DNA of 64,000 bases. Source: an uncultured Acidobacteriota bacterium (GTDB taxonomy: Bacteria > Acidobacteriota > Thermoanaerobaculia > Multivoradales > SZUA-115). Made by a program: the position numbers and the translations under genes. The notes beneath the pieces were generated by a model. The model made no database searches. It was given only the letters and a program-made list of their open reading frames with translations, and was not told where the DNA came from. Shown here piece after piece: positions 20,819-30,510 of the stretch (position 1 is the stretch's first letter; every line of letters starts with the position of its first letter). The stretch lies in NCBI GenBank assembly GCA_963805975.1, contig CAWDVR010000002.1, positions 608,001-672,000 on the forward strand, read 5' to 3'.

Positions 20819-21778
20819 CTAGATCCAGCGCTTGCGGCGGAACCACAGCAGCATACCGCCGGCCGCCGTCGCCATGGCCGCGAGCACGGCCGGGTAGCCG
20901 CCCCGCGTGGCGAGCTCGGGCATGTGTTCGAAGTTCATGCCGTAGATGCCGGTGATCACCGTCAGCGGCAGCAGCACCGCCGAGATCACGGTCAGCACCT
21001 TCATGATCTCGTTGGTGCGCTGGCCGACCACGGACATGTAGGTGTCGCGGGCGCTCGACAGCAGCTCGCGCATCACGTCCAGGGACTCGGTCAGGCGCAC
21101 GATGTCGTCGTAGACGTCGCGGAAGTAGAGCGCCTCGCTGTCCGAGATCTCCTCGGCGCTGCCGGTCGCCAGGTGGTTGAACACCTGGCGGTGCGGGAGC
21201 ATCACGCGGCGGATGGTGGAGAGCCGCTGCTTGAGACGCTGGATGACGACCAGGTGCTCCTGCTTGGGCTCGCGGAAGATCTCTTCCTCGAGCGCCTCGA
21301 CCTCGGTGCCCACCTCGTCGACCAGCGGCTGGTAGAGCGAGATCAGCTCGTCGTAGATCAGGTACAGCAGGTGGGGCAGGCCGCCGCGCGGCGCTCTGCC
21401 GATCTCTTTGAAGCGGTCGCGCACCGTGTTGAGGCTGCGCAGCGGCGCGCGGTGAAAGGTCACCAGCCGGTCCTTGGTGAGGAACGCGGCGAGCTTCAAG
21501 GTGTCGAGCCGGTCGCTCTTCTTGTTGAAGTCGATGCCGCGCACGATGACGAAGAGGTGCCCGTCGTACTCCTCGAAACGCGGCTGGTGCTGCAGCGTGA
21601 ACGTGTCCTCGACCGCCAGCGGATGGAAGCCCATCCCGGCGACCAGATCCTGGTTCTCCGAGGTCTGGCCCTGGAGGTCGATCCACACCACGGCGCCCTC
21701 GGGCAGAGGGACGTCGAGCAGCTCCTGGCCCCCGCACTCGAGGGAGCCGTCGGGGAAGATGACGGTCGTCTGGATCAT
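20819..21778 (-). CDS. corA: CorA Mg2+/Co2+ transporter
   Basis: Motifs WIDL, FHPLAVED, NEIMKVLT, GIYGMNF and MPEL. Confidence 0.95.
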   Translation of the reverse strand: MIQTTVIFPDGSLECGGQELLDVPLPEGAVVWIDLQGQTSENQDLVAGMGFHPLAVEDTFTLQHQPRFEEYDGHLFVIVRGIDFNKKSDRLDTLKLAAFLTKDRLVTFHRAPLRSLNTVRDRFKEIGRAPRGGLPHLLYLIYDELISLYQPLVDEVGTEVEALEEEIFREPKQEHLVVIQRLKQRLSTIRRVMLPHRQVFNHLATGSAEEISDSEALYFRDVYDDIVRLTESLDVMRELLSSARDTYMSVVGQRTNEIMKVLTVISAVLLPLTVITGIYGMNFEHMPELATRGGYPAVLAAMATAAGGMLLWFRRKRWI

Positions 21779-22317
21779 CGCGCGTCCGATGAATGTATCA
21801 CCGGACGGCGCAGGCGCCGGCGCTCCCCGAGCGGTGGCCGGCCGGCCGCCGGGCCCTGGCCGGCGAAGGCCCGCAGGCGCTCCAGGAAGCGCAGGTACTG
21901 CTGCTGCTGGCCGGCGGAGAGGAGGCCGCGCACGTCGAGCACCAGGCCGGCGAGCTCGCGCTCCAGCTCGGCGTAGGTGGCGCTGGCCTCGTCGATCAGC
22001 CGCTCGGCTTCGGCCCGGTCGGGCTCGGCCGCGGTGAGCTCCTGCCGCAGCTCGGCGCGCTGACGCCGGAGGCGCGCGAAGGGCTCGCGGGAGGACTCGA
22101 AGAACCGGCGGTGCCGCTCGAGGAACGAGCGCCTCGCCTCTCCTTCGAGCTCCAGCCGGTCCGCAAAGCGCTCCACCCCGGCGCGCACCGCCAACAGGCC
22201 GCCGCGCTCGGGCTGCGCCACGACCGGCCGCAGGCGCCCGATGACCTGGGAAGCGAGCAGGCCCAGGTTGAGCCCCACTGACAAGAGCAGCGCGATCCAC
22301 AGCCACCACCGCCTCAC
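21775..22317 (-). CDS. Periplasmic Spy/CpxP-like (heavy-metal sensor) protein
   Basis: GTG start overlapping the upstream stop; TM segment LLLSVGLNLG; helical body; LSAGQQ (LTxxQ-like) motif. Confidence 0.75.
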   Translation of the reverse strand: MRRWWLWIALLLSVGLNLGLLASQVIGRLRPVVAQPERGGLLAVRAGVERFADRLELEGEARRSFLERHRRFFESSREPFARLRRQRAELRQELTAAEPDRAEAERLIDEASATYAELERELAGLVLDVRGLLSAGQQQQYLRFLERLRAFAGQGPAAGRPPLGERRRLRRPVIHSSDAR

Positions 22318-22748
22318 GGCTCGGCCTCGCCGCCGTCCTCGACCACGGCCTCCCAATAGCTCTCCGCCAGGCTGGGCGCCAGGAGCTCGGTTTCCTCCGC
22401 GCTCTCCGCGCCTTGCCAGAGGCCGGCGCCGACGCCCAGGGCCAGGCCCGCGGCGAGCGCCAGCACCGCCGTGGCGCGCAGCCAAACGGGAGCGGCCCGC
22501 AGGTCGCCACCCGCGGCGGCGGCCCGCGCCCGCGACGCGACGCGGGTGGCGAAGCCCGGCGGCACGCCCGCGGCCGGCGCCAGCTCGAGGATCTGCCACT
22601 GCCTCGCCAGCCGCTCCCAGGCGGCGGCCAGCTCCGGCTCGCGCGCCAGGCGAAGGGTGAGCGGCTCGGCCTCGGCCGGCGGCAGCTCTCCCGCCACCAG
22701 GCGCAGCAGCGCCGGCTCTTCAGGGTGAGAACGGTGCTCGGAGCTCAT
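22314..22748 (-). CDS. Putative transmembrane anti-sigma factor
   Basis: HP...L...GEL N-terminus (zf-HC2-like but without Cys), VPPGFA and one TM helix; directly follows the ECF sigma. Confidence 0.7.
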   Translation of the reverse strand: MSSEHRSHPEEPALLRLVAGELPPAEAEPLTLRLAREPELAAAWERLARQWQILELAPAAGVPPGFATRVASRARAAAAGGDLRAAPVWLRATAVLALAAGLALGVGAGLWQGAESAEETELLAPSLAESYWEAVVEDGGEAEP

Positions 22749-23383
22749 GGCTTGCCTTCCTTGGAAGAAACCCTCGACGCGGGCGCTTCCTGCGCCGCCT
22801 CGAGGTTGCGCAGAGCGCGCACCAGGCGGCTCTCGACCGCCCCGATGGTGATGCCGAGCGCCGCGGCGATCTCACGATACGACAGGCCCTCGAAGCGGGC
22901 CAGGACGAGCACCGCCCGCTGGTTGGCCGGCAGCCGGTCGATCGCCCGCCGGGTCGAGCGCCAGCGACGCCGCGCCTCGAGCACGGCCACCGCGTCCGGC
23001 GCGCCGTCCTTCACCTCGGCTGCCGGGCCGGCATCCTCGCTTGGTGCGGCCAGACGCAGGAACTGCACCAGGCGCCGCCGGCGCATGCGGTTCAGGCAGT
23101 GGTTGACGGCGATGCGATAGAGCCAGGTGTAGACCTGGCCCCCGGGAGCCACCGAGCCCGCTTTGCGGTAGGCCTTGAGGAAGACCTCCTGTGCCGCGTC
23201 GCGGGCCTCCTCGACATCGCCGAGCAGGCGCTCGGCCAGACGCAGCAGGCGCTCCTGGTGGAGCTCGACGAAGCGGGTGAAGGCGTCGCCGTCACCCGCC
23301 GCGGTGCGGGCGAGGAGCGCCCAGCCGGGATCGTCGGCCGGTTCGGCGGCGGGGCTCCTCATCACGGTCGCGATCGCCCCCAC
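22745..23383 (-). CDS. ECF RNA polymerase sigma factor
   Basis: Motifs DAAQEVFLKAY, TWLYRIAVN, LSYREIA and VESRLVRA. Confidence 0.93.
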   Translation of the reverse strand: MGAIATVMRSPAAEPADDPGWALLARTAAGDGDAFTRFVELHQERLLRLAERLLGDVEEARDAAQEVFLKAYRKAGSVAPGGQVYTWLYRIAVNHCLNRMRRRRLVQFLRLAAPSEDAGPAAEVKDGAPDAVAVLEARRRWRSTRRAIDRLPANQRAVLVLARFEGLSYREIAAALGITIGAVESRLVRALRNLEAAQEAPASRVSSKEGKP

Positions 23384-23421
23384 GAGGGTTGAACCCGCGG
23401 TCGGCAGGAAACCTGCGGCAG

Positions 23422-23539
23422 CCCCTCACCCCGGCCCTCTCCCCGCTCACGCGGGGCGAGGGGGCCAGAACGGAATCCGCCTCGCTGCCTCTCTCTGGTC
23501 CCCTCTCCCCGCCTGCGGGGAGAGGGCTAGGGTGAGGGG
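23422..23539. repeat. Palindromic repeat element (CCCTCACCCC..CCCTCTCCC family)
   Basis: Same terminal inverted repeats as 11402-11520. Confidence 0.85.
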
Positions 23540-23540
23540 C

Positions 23541-26163
23541 TCACGCGCTCAGCTTGTCGAGCTCGGCGGCCAGTGCTTCCACCTTCGCGAAGCGGTTCTC
23601 GGGCCGCTTGGCCAGGCAGACGAGGATCATCTGCTCGAGCTCGCGCGGCATCTCGGGCCAGAAGCCGGAGGGCGCCGGCGGCTCTTCCTGCAGGTGCTGC
23701 ATCACCACCTGCATCGGGTTGTCGCCGGAGAACGGCAAGCGGCCGGTGAAGATCTCGTAGAGCACCACGCCGGTCGAGTAGATGTCGGCGCGGGCGTCGA
23801 CCTCGCGGCCCTCGAGCTGCTCCGGGGACATGAACTGCGGCGTGCCGACGATCCAGCCCTGCTGCGTGTGGCCCGCGGCCTGCCGCACCACCGGCCGCGC
23901 GATGCCGAAGTCCATCAGCTTGGCGTTGCCCGCCTGGTCGAGGATCAGGTTGTCGGGCTTGATGTCGCGGTGGATCACGCCCTGCGCGTGCGCCGCCCCG
24001 AGGCCGGCGCAGAGCTGCTTCGCCACCCGCAGGCCGGCCGAGAACGGCAGCCGGTCGGTCTGGTCGAGCATGTAGCGCAGCGTCACGCCGCGCACGTACT
24101 CCATGGAGATGAACTGCACCCCGTCGAGCTCGCCGAAATCGAAGGTGCGGAGCACGTTCGGGTGGGTGATCTTGCGCGCCAGGCGGAGCTCGTCCTTCAG
24201 GCGCTCGAGCTGCACCGGGTCCTGCCAGGCCTGCCGGCGCAGAACCTTGAGCGCCACCAGGTCGTCGAGCTCGCGGTCGCGCGCCTTGTAGACGATGCCC
24301 ATGCCGCCGGAGCCGAGCTGCGACAGGATCTCGAAGCGCGACGCCCAGGAGCTTGCCTGGGCCGAGCTCGGCGAGGAGCGCGCTGCGGGTCGTCACCCGG
24401 GTGGGCGCCGCGGCAGCCGCCGCGTCGACGCCGGTGAGGCGCGCCGCCTCCTCGCCCCGCACCACGAAGTAGGGCATCGGGTTGACCACGCCGCGCTGCG
24501 CGGCGGCGGTGATGCCGGCTGAAGAGAGCAGGGGGGCCAGCTCCTCGTGGACCTCGCGGGTGAGGAGCAGCTCGCCGGGTGTCGCCTCGCGCATCAGCGA
24601 CTCGACCTTCTGCACCGGCAGGCCGAGGAGCACCGGCGCCGGCAGCTCCTGGTGGGTGACGGTGCCGGTGGTGACCATGCCGCCGGCCAGCGCCACCAGC
24701 GGCTCGGCGGGCTCGTCGAAAGCGTCGTCGGGGGCGCCCACCGCGGCCATCACCTCCGCCGCCGCCGCCAGCGCGCGCCCCGCCTTGCCGTCGCCGTCGA
24801 AGGTGGCGACCAGGCGGTGGCCGAGCGGTGCCTGCAAGCGGCCGTGACGGGAGGAGATGGCGTTCTCGGCGCGCCGCAGGTCGCGGGCCAGGCGGCGCAG
24901 CGTCTGCTCCGGATCGGTCGATGCCTCCTTCCGGGCGTAGCGGCGCAGCTCGACGGCGAGCACGATCACGTCCCTGAGCTGCGGCGTTGCCGCCGGGGCC
25001 GCGGCGGCCCTGGCCGGCTCGGGCAGGGTACGCGACAGGTCGCCCAGGTAGCTCTCCATGTCGCGCTTCTCGCGCAGGTCGGAGAGCAGGTGGTTGAAAG
25101 CAGAGGCGAGCTGGCCCACCTCGTCGCTGCGCTCGACCTTCACGCGCTGGTTGTAGTCGCCCTGGCGGGCGGCCTCGGCGCTCGCCGCCAGGCGCCGCAC
25201 CGGGCCCAGCGTGCGCCGCGACAGGGCGTACGAGAGGAGCGAGGCGGCGATCAGGGCCAGCGCTCCGGCGGCGAGCAGCACCCACTGGATGCGCCGGAAG
25301 GGCTCCAGCGCCTGTTTCAAGGAGGCGAGAGCCACGGTGGCTCCCACCGGCTTACCGTCGGAGCCCTCGAGCGGGGTCAGCCGCGCCACCCAAGGCTCGC
25401 CCGAGAGCTGGACCTCGAGCTTGCTGCCATCGGTGCCGGCTTGCAGCGCCGCCTGGCCGCGGCCACTGCGCACCGCGGTCTCGAGATCCCGCTGGTCGTT
25501 GCTGCCCAGGGTGGCCGAGACCACGCGCGTGCCGTTCGAGGTGGTACGCGCCACGAAGGCCACTTCGGTGCCGCTCGCGGCAGCGAGGTCGCGGGCCACC
25601 AGCTCGTCGATCTTGAAGCCGGCCACGAAGCAGCCCTCGACGCCGGTGCCGCTCACGATCGGCACCGCGGTCACGTTGTAGAGCTGCTCGCCGTCCACCC
25701 ACAGACCGATCTCGGTCTGCTGGCGCTCCATGGCCCGCGCCACCAGGGGCCGGCGCGCCATCTCGTCTCCACCCCAGGCCCCGCGGGGGATGCTGGTATA
25801 GACCCGGCCATCGCGACCGAGCACCACCGCGAAGGTGAAGCCCAGGTCGTCCTGGCGGTCCTGGAGCTGGTCGTCGATCGAGTCGCGGTCGGCGTTGGCC
25901 AGGCCCTCGGCCACGTAGGCGGTGAGATAGGGCTCGCGGAAGGCCGCCGCCAGGCGTTCGAGCTGTGCCTTGTTCTGCTGTCGCAGGTTGCCCTGCGCCG
26001 CCGCGGCGCGGTCCAGGGCCTGGTCCACGGCACGGCGCGCGATGGTGCTCGACAGCGTGACGGTGAGCGCCACGGCGGTGCCGACCGCCGCCGCGACCAG
26101 CAGGGCCGTGATGAGGAAGATGCGGGTACCGAGCGAGAGGCCGAAGCGTCGCTTATCCGTCAT
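23541..26163 (-). CDS. Membrane Ser/Thr protein kinase (sensor domain-HAMP-cyclase-like-kinase), frameshifted near 24340
   Basis: Two TM helices; HAMP (DEVGQLASAFN). After a frame change at ~24340 it reads RFEILSQLGSGGMGIVYKA, then HRDIKPDN, DFG and GTPQFMSPE. Confidence 0.85.
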
Positions 26164-26851
26164 AGCGGTCCCGGCGCTCCTTGCTGTAGGCCTGGCCGTG
26201 CTTGTTGGTGTGCTGCGGCACCCGCTCGCGAACCACCGTCAGGCGCGCCTCCGGCGGCGCCGCGCCCGGCTTGAGGTCGCTCTTCCACGGGTCGGTCTGC
26301 GGGTGCCACACATGGAGCGTGCCGCCGCCCTCGGGCAGGCCGCCGAGGAGGAAGCCGCCCTTGGCGTCGGCCTTGGTGGAGAACGCGGTGTCGAGCACCA
26401 GCACGTAGCCCACCATGGCGCGGTGCACGTTGCAGAACACCCGCACCACGCCCGGGCCGTTGAAGGTCCAGGACTTGCCCGGCCCCTTGGAGTACAGGCC
26501 GAGGTCGAAGCGGTTGGCGCCGGAGACCGAGAAGACGTTGTGCAGGATGGGGTCGAAGTTGGGAAACTTCACCGTCGAGCCGCGCGGTACCGCCAGCACC
26601 GTGGGAACGAACTCCTTGCCGCGGGTGACCATCTCGGCGGTGACCGGCGCCGGCCGCGCCACGGCCGCGGCGCGCGGCTCGAAGTAGGCGACCGCCTGGC
26701 GCGGGTCGGCGAGGCCGGCGGCGGCCTTGCCCGTTTTGTCGAGGAAGGCGATGCGGCCCGAGACCTGCGCCGCCCTACTGCTCTGCGCTGCCAGCCCGAC
26801 GAGGCAGAGGCCCGACAGGGCGATGCTCCACCGTCGCTGTGGCTTCCTCAT
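26153..26851 (-). CDS. Secreted cupredoxin-like/carboxypeptidase-regulatory-domain protein
   Basis: Signal peptide; FPNFDPILHNVFS, VFCNVHRAM (His/Cys/His/Met Cu-type ligands) and VWHP. Confidence 0.8.
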   Translation of the reverse strand: MRKPQRRWSIALSGLCLVGLAAQSSRAAQVSGRIAFLDKTGKAAAGLADPRQAVAYFEPRAAAVARPAPVTAEMVTRGKEFVPTVLAVPRGSTVKFPNFDPILHNVFSVSGANRFDLGLYSKGPGKSWTFNGPGVVRVFCNVHRAMVGYVLVLDTAFSTKADAKGGFLLGGLPEGGGTLHVWHPQTDPWKSDLKPGAAPPEARLTVVRERVPQHTNKHGQAYSKERRDRYDG

Positions 26852-26933
26852 CCGGGATCCTCGGCTGCAGCCTGGAAAGAACGGCGCGATGCTAGCACGG
26901 AGGAATGGCCGACCCTGGCGCAGGGTGTGAGGG

Positions 26934-27039
26934 TGGATTCCCGCTTTCGCGGGAATGACGCGGTAGAGAGTTATCCCGGCGGCCGGCTGAGCAACCACGC
27001 GCCTCAGAATGGCGTCATTCCCGCGAAAGCGGGAATCTA
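26934..27039. repeat. REP-like inverted pair (GTCATTCCCGCGAAAGCGGGAAT family)
   Basis: tggattcccgctttcgcgggaatgac at 26934-26959 and gtcattcccgcgaaagcgggaatcta at 27014-27039. Confidence 0.9.
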
Positions 27040-27067
27040 TCTCTCGCGCCCGCTAGAATCTCCCGCC

Positions 27068-28159
27068 GTGCCGACCGAGCCCACCGCTCTTCGCGAGCCC
27101 ACCGTCCTTCGCGAACATATCGCCCGCTTCCTGGCCGACCCCGCGGCCGACGACTTCGAGCGCCTGGCGCTCGCCGCCTTCGCTCTCCAGCTCGAGCGCG
27201 TGGCCCCCTACCGCGCCTGGTGCCGGCGCCGCGGCGTGACCGCCGAGAGCGTCGAAAGCTGGCGGCAGGTCCCCTGGGTGCCCACCGCGGCTTTCCGCAG
27301 CCTGGAGCTGGCGGTCGAGCCGGCCGTGGAGGTCTTCCGCAGCAGCGGCACCACCGCCGGCAACGAGGCGAGGAGCGTCCAGCACCAGCCCTACCCGGAC
27401 CTCTACCGGGCGGCGATCGACGCTTCGTTCCCGCAGTTCTGCCTGCCCTTCGCCGGCAGCCCGCCGATCCTCTCGCTGATTCCCTCGCGGGAGACCCTGC
27501 CGGATTCGAGCCTGTCGTTCATGGCCGCGCACGTCGTCGATCGCTTCGGCGCGCCGGGCAGCGTGACGGCCTTCGGCGCCCGCGGTGTGGATTTCATGGC
27601 GCTGCGCTCCTGGTGCTCGGCCCGCCAGCGCGACCGCCGGCCCGCCCTGGTGCTGGCGACGGCGCTCGCCCTGGCGCAGGCCCTCGAACGGCTGGCACGG
27701 CTGGAGCTGCGCTTCCGGCTGCCGGCGGGAACGGTGGTGTTCGAGACCGGCGGCTTCAAGGGCCGGGCGAGCGAGGTGACCCGCGAGGGCCTGCTGACGG
27801 GCCTCGGCGAGCGCCTGGGGGTGCCCGGCGAGCAGGTGGTCCGCGAGTACGGGATGACCGAGCTGACCAGCCAGTGCTACACGCGGGTGCTGGCAGGCGG
27901 CGACCCGGACCTCTTCGTGGCGCCGCACTGGGTGCGGGTGCGGGTGCTAGACCCCGTGACGCTGGAGGACGCCAGGCCCGGCGAAGCCGGCCTGATCGCG
28001 GTGCTCGACCTGGCGAACCTGGGCTCGGCGATCCACTTGCTGACCGAGGATCTGGGAGTCGCCGAGGGCGAGGGCTTCAGGCTGGTGGGCCGGGCGGACG
28101 GCGCACAGCTCCGAGGCTGCTCGTTGGCGGCGGAAGAGCTGGGCCGCCCCTCACCCTAG
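27068..28159 (+). CDS. LuxE/PaaK-like acyl-protein synthetase
   Basis: Motifs FRSSGTT, ETGGFKGR, EYGMTELTSQ, DLANLGS, TEDLG and RGCS. Confidence 0.85.
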   Translation: MPTEPTALREPTVLREHIARFLADPAADDFERLALAAFALQLERVAPYRAWCRRRGVTAESVESWRQVPWVPTAAFRSLELAVEPAVEVFRSSGTTAGNEARSVQHQPYPDLYRAAIDASFPQFCLPFAGSPPILSLIPSRETLPDSSLSFMAAHVVDRFGAPGSVTAFGARGVDFMALRSWCSARQRDRRPALVLATALALAQALERLARLELRFRLPAGTVVFETGGFKGRASEVTREGLLTGLGERLGVPGEQVVREYGMTELTSQCYTRVLAGGDPDLFVAPHWVRVRVLDPVTLEDARPGEAGLIAVLDLANLGSAIHLLTEDLGVAEGEGFRLVGRADGAQLRGCSLAAEELGRPSP

Positions 28160-28575
28160 CCCTCTCCCGCCCGAGCGTCCTGGCTCCACAGCCCCAGCAG
28201 GTTCCCCTCCGGGTCGCGGAAGCTGGCGAACCGGCCGAAGGCTCCCACCGGGCGAGGCGAAGCGTGCATGATGCCGCCCGCGGTCTCGATCGAGCTCAGC
28301 ACGTCGTCGAGGCTCGAGCCGCTGATGTGAACCATCAGCAGCGGGTGGTCCGCACCCACAGCAGCGGGTTCCCCCAGGCCGCCGTGGATGGCTCCGGGAA
28401 CGTCCTTGGACGCAGGCGAGACGGGTGGCCCTGTGCGGATCGTGAAGTAGGTCGGGCCGTCCCAGGTGAGCGGCTTCACCTCCCAGCCGAAGACCTCGCG
28501 ATAGAAAACCGCCAGCCGCGCCGGGTCGCGGGCCGGGACCTCGAAGGCGCTGACGGTGGCGCGGAGGGCGGCCAT
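28156..28575 (-). CDS. VOC (glyoxalase/bleomycin resistance) family protein
   Basis: FEVPA.D..R...FYREVFGW and FRDPEGNLLGL. Confidence 0.85.
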   Translation of the reverse strand: MAALRATVSAFEVPARDPARLAVFYREVFGWEVKPLTWDGPTYFTIRTGPPVSPASKDVPGAIHGGLGEPAAVGADHPLLMVHISGSSLDDVLSSIETAGGIMHASPRPVGAFGRFASFRDPEGNLLGLWSQDARAGEG

Positions 28576-28711
28576 ATTTCGGTTTCCAGCGATCTTGGAG
28601 CGGAGGTCCAGAGCCCTGGGAGGATCGCTGCGTTACCCGCAGGGGGCGTCGAGCACCGCACCAGGGTCTCTGGACCTCCGCTCGGACCGCACCCAGGATA
28701 CGGTATTGACG

Positions 28712-29989
28712 ATGCTTCAGGATCACGCCGTTCCATCTGGGTTCCGCCCGGTCGAGCACCGGACCGAGCGAGCCGGCGTTCGCTACCTGGCGGCGCAGTG
28801 GACGCCCGCCGAGTTGGCGAAGCTCGCCGAGCACTTGGCGAGCGAGGGTGGCCGGGCACTGGCCGGGCTCGGCCGCGAGCGGCTCGTGGCGGCGTGGGGG
28901 GAAACGATCGAGGCGCTGCTCGACCGGTCCTCGCCCGAGCGGCAGGAGCTTGCCGAGGCCATGGCTCCTCTCTGCCGGCTGTCGCGCGCGGGGCTCGAGG
29001 CCGGGCTCGATGCGGTGCTGGGGGGCGTGCGGAGCGGGCCCGTGCTCGCCTTGCGGCGGGAGGCCGAGGCGCTGGGCGCCGCCGCAGGCACCGCGCCACC
29101 GGCCCTGGTGGTGCTGGCCTCGAACCTGCCGGCGCTCGCCGTACAGCCGTTGCTGCCGGCGCTGCTCGTCGGCCGGCCGGTGATTCTCAAGTCCCCGAGC
29201 GCGGAGCCTCTGTTCGCTCCGTTCTTCGTTCGCGCGCTGGCCCGGCGCGAGCCGGCGCTCGCCGAGGGAGTCGCCGCCTTGACCTGGCCGGGCGGCGACC
29301 AGGCCCTGGAGGCGCCGCTCCTCGAGCGCGCCGGCGTGGTGCTGGCCTACGGCGGGGCCGAGAGCCTGGCGAGCCTCGAACGCCGCACGCGGGGCCGGTT
29401 CGTGGGTTTCGGCCCGCAGACCAGCCTGGCGGTGATCGGCACCGCGGTCGATCCGGCGCGCGTCGCCCCCGGCCTGGCGCGGGACGTGGCCCTCTTCGAC
29501 CAGCGGGGTTGCCTCTCCGTGGCCGCGGTCTACACCACGGGCGATGCGCCGTCTCTGGCTCGCGAGCTGGCCGCGGCGCTGGCCAACATCGCCCGGGAGC
29601 TGCCGCCAGGCCCCGCGGAGCTCGCGGCGCTCGCCGCCGTCCGCCAGGCGCGGGCCGAGGCCGAGATGCGAGGGCTGTGGGTGGCGGACCTGCCTATCGA
29701 AGCGGGAACGGTGATCCTGGAATCGAAGCCCGACTTCCGCCCCTCGCCCGGGCTGCGCACGGTCCGCGTTCACGGGCTCGGGGCCCTGGGCGAGCTGGCC
29801 GCGGCGCTCAGCGCCTGGACCGGCCGGCTACAGGGTGCGGGGTTGGCGGGAGAAGACGCCTGGAGCGTCCGGCCGAGGCTCGAAGAGCTCGGCGTCTCTC
29901 GCTTCGCCTCACCGGGAGACCTGCAGCGGCCGGATGCGACGTGGAGGAACCGCGGCCTGAGCCTGCCCGCGGTGCTCGCGCCGCCCTGA
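28712..29989 (+). CDS. LuxC-like acyl-CoA reductase
   Basis: Motifs LASNLP, LKSPS, AYGG, GFGPQTS and FDQRGCLS (catalytic Cys). Confidence 0.82.
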   Translation: MLQDHAVPSGFRPVEHRTERAGVRYLAAQWTPAELAKLAEHLASEGGRALAGLGRERLVAAWGETIEALLDRSSPERQELAEAMAPLCRLSRAGLEAGLDAVLGGVRSGPVLALRREAEALGAAAGTAPPALVVLASNLPALAVQPLLPALLVGRPVILKSPSAEPLFAPFFVRALARREPALAEGVAALTWPGGDQALEAPLLERAGVVLAYGGAESLASLERRTRGRFVGFGPQTSLAVIGTAVDPARVAPGLARDVALFDQRGCLSVAAVYTTGDAPSLARELAAALANIARELPPGPAELAALAAVRQARAEAEMRGLWVADLPIEAGTVILESKPDFRPSPGLRTVRVHGLGALGELAAALSAWTGRLQGAGLAGEDAWSVRPRLEELGVSRFASPGDLQRPDATWRNRGLSLPAVLAPP

Positions 29990-30015
29990 GCCCGCCTTGC
30001 CTGGGCCTAACCTCT

Positions 30016-30453
30016 TCAAGGCGTCAGGCAGGAGATCCGCTCCTCCAGACATTCGAGAAGGCGATCCTGATCGTCCGGCCCCGAGGCCGGCCGACAGCGC
30101 GGGCAGGGCTTCGGATTGTCGTCGGGCTCCAGTTCGCAGGGATCCTCCTCCTCGTCCTCGCAATCACCCCGGAACCGGCAGGCGGCGGACTCCAGCAGCC
30201 TGTCGACCGCTCGGTCGAGCTCGGACTCCCGCTCGACCTGCCGCAGAAGCGCCAGTGCCACCAAGGGATACTTCGCCTTGGCTTCCTTCCACTGGCGCAG
30301 GAACTCCTGGTTGTCTCGGCTTGCGGGCCGCGTCAGCGGCCCGGCCTTCGCAGCGACGGTCTTCTCGGCGCTCCCGGCGTCGCCTCCGGCCGCCGCCGGC
30401 CACGCGAGGACAGTCCCCAGAGCCACCGCCAATGCCCATCGAATCGCTCGCAT
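30016..30453 (-). CDS. Secreted Cys-containing hypothetical protein
   Basis: AGGAGGG RBS, signal peptide and 7 Cys in the C-terminal half. Confidence 0.6.
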   Translation of the reverse strand: MRAIRWALAVALGTVLAWPAAAGGDAGSAEKTVAAKAGPLTRPASRDNQEFLRQWKEAKAKYPLVALALLRQVERESELDRAVDRLLESAACRFRGDCEDEEEDPCELEPDDNPKPCPRCRPASGPDDQDRLLECLEERISCLTP

Positions 30454-30510
30454 AGCGTCCCTCCTCTCCGATCCGGTTGGAGAGAATGGGCGCGCACCGG
30501 CCGGGGTTCG

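Noticed and set aside
24300-24360. Programmed ribosomal frameshift in the kinase (and in the ankyrin gene at ~58240)
   Set aside because: No slippery heptamer is visible, and other indel-like errors in the window make an artefact more likely.
27068-29989. Bioluminescence operon
   Set aside because: No luxA, luxB or luxD in the window.
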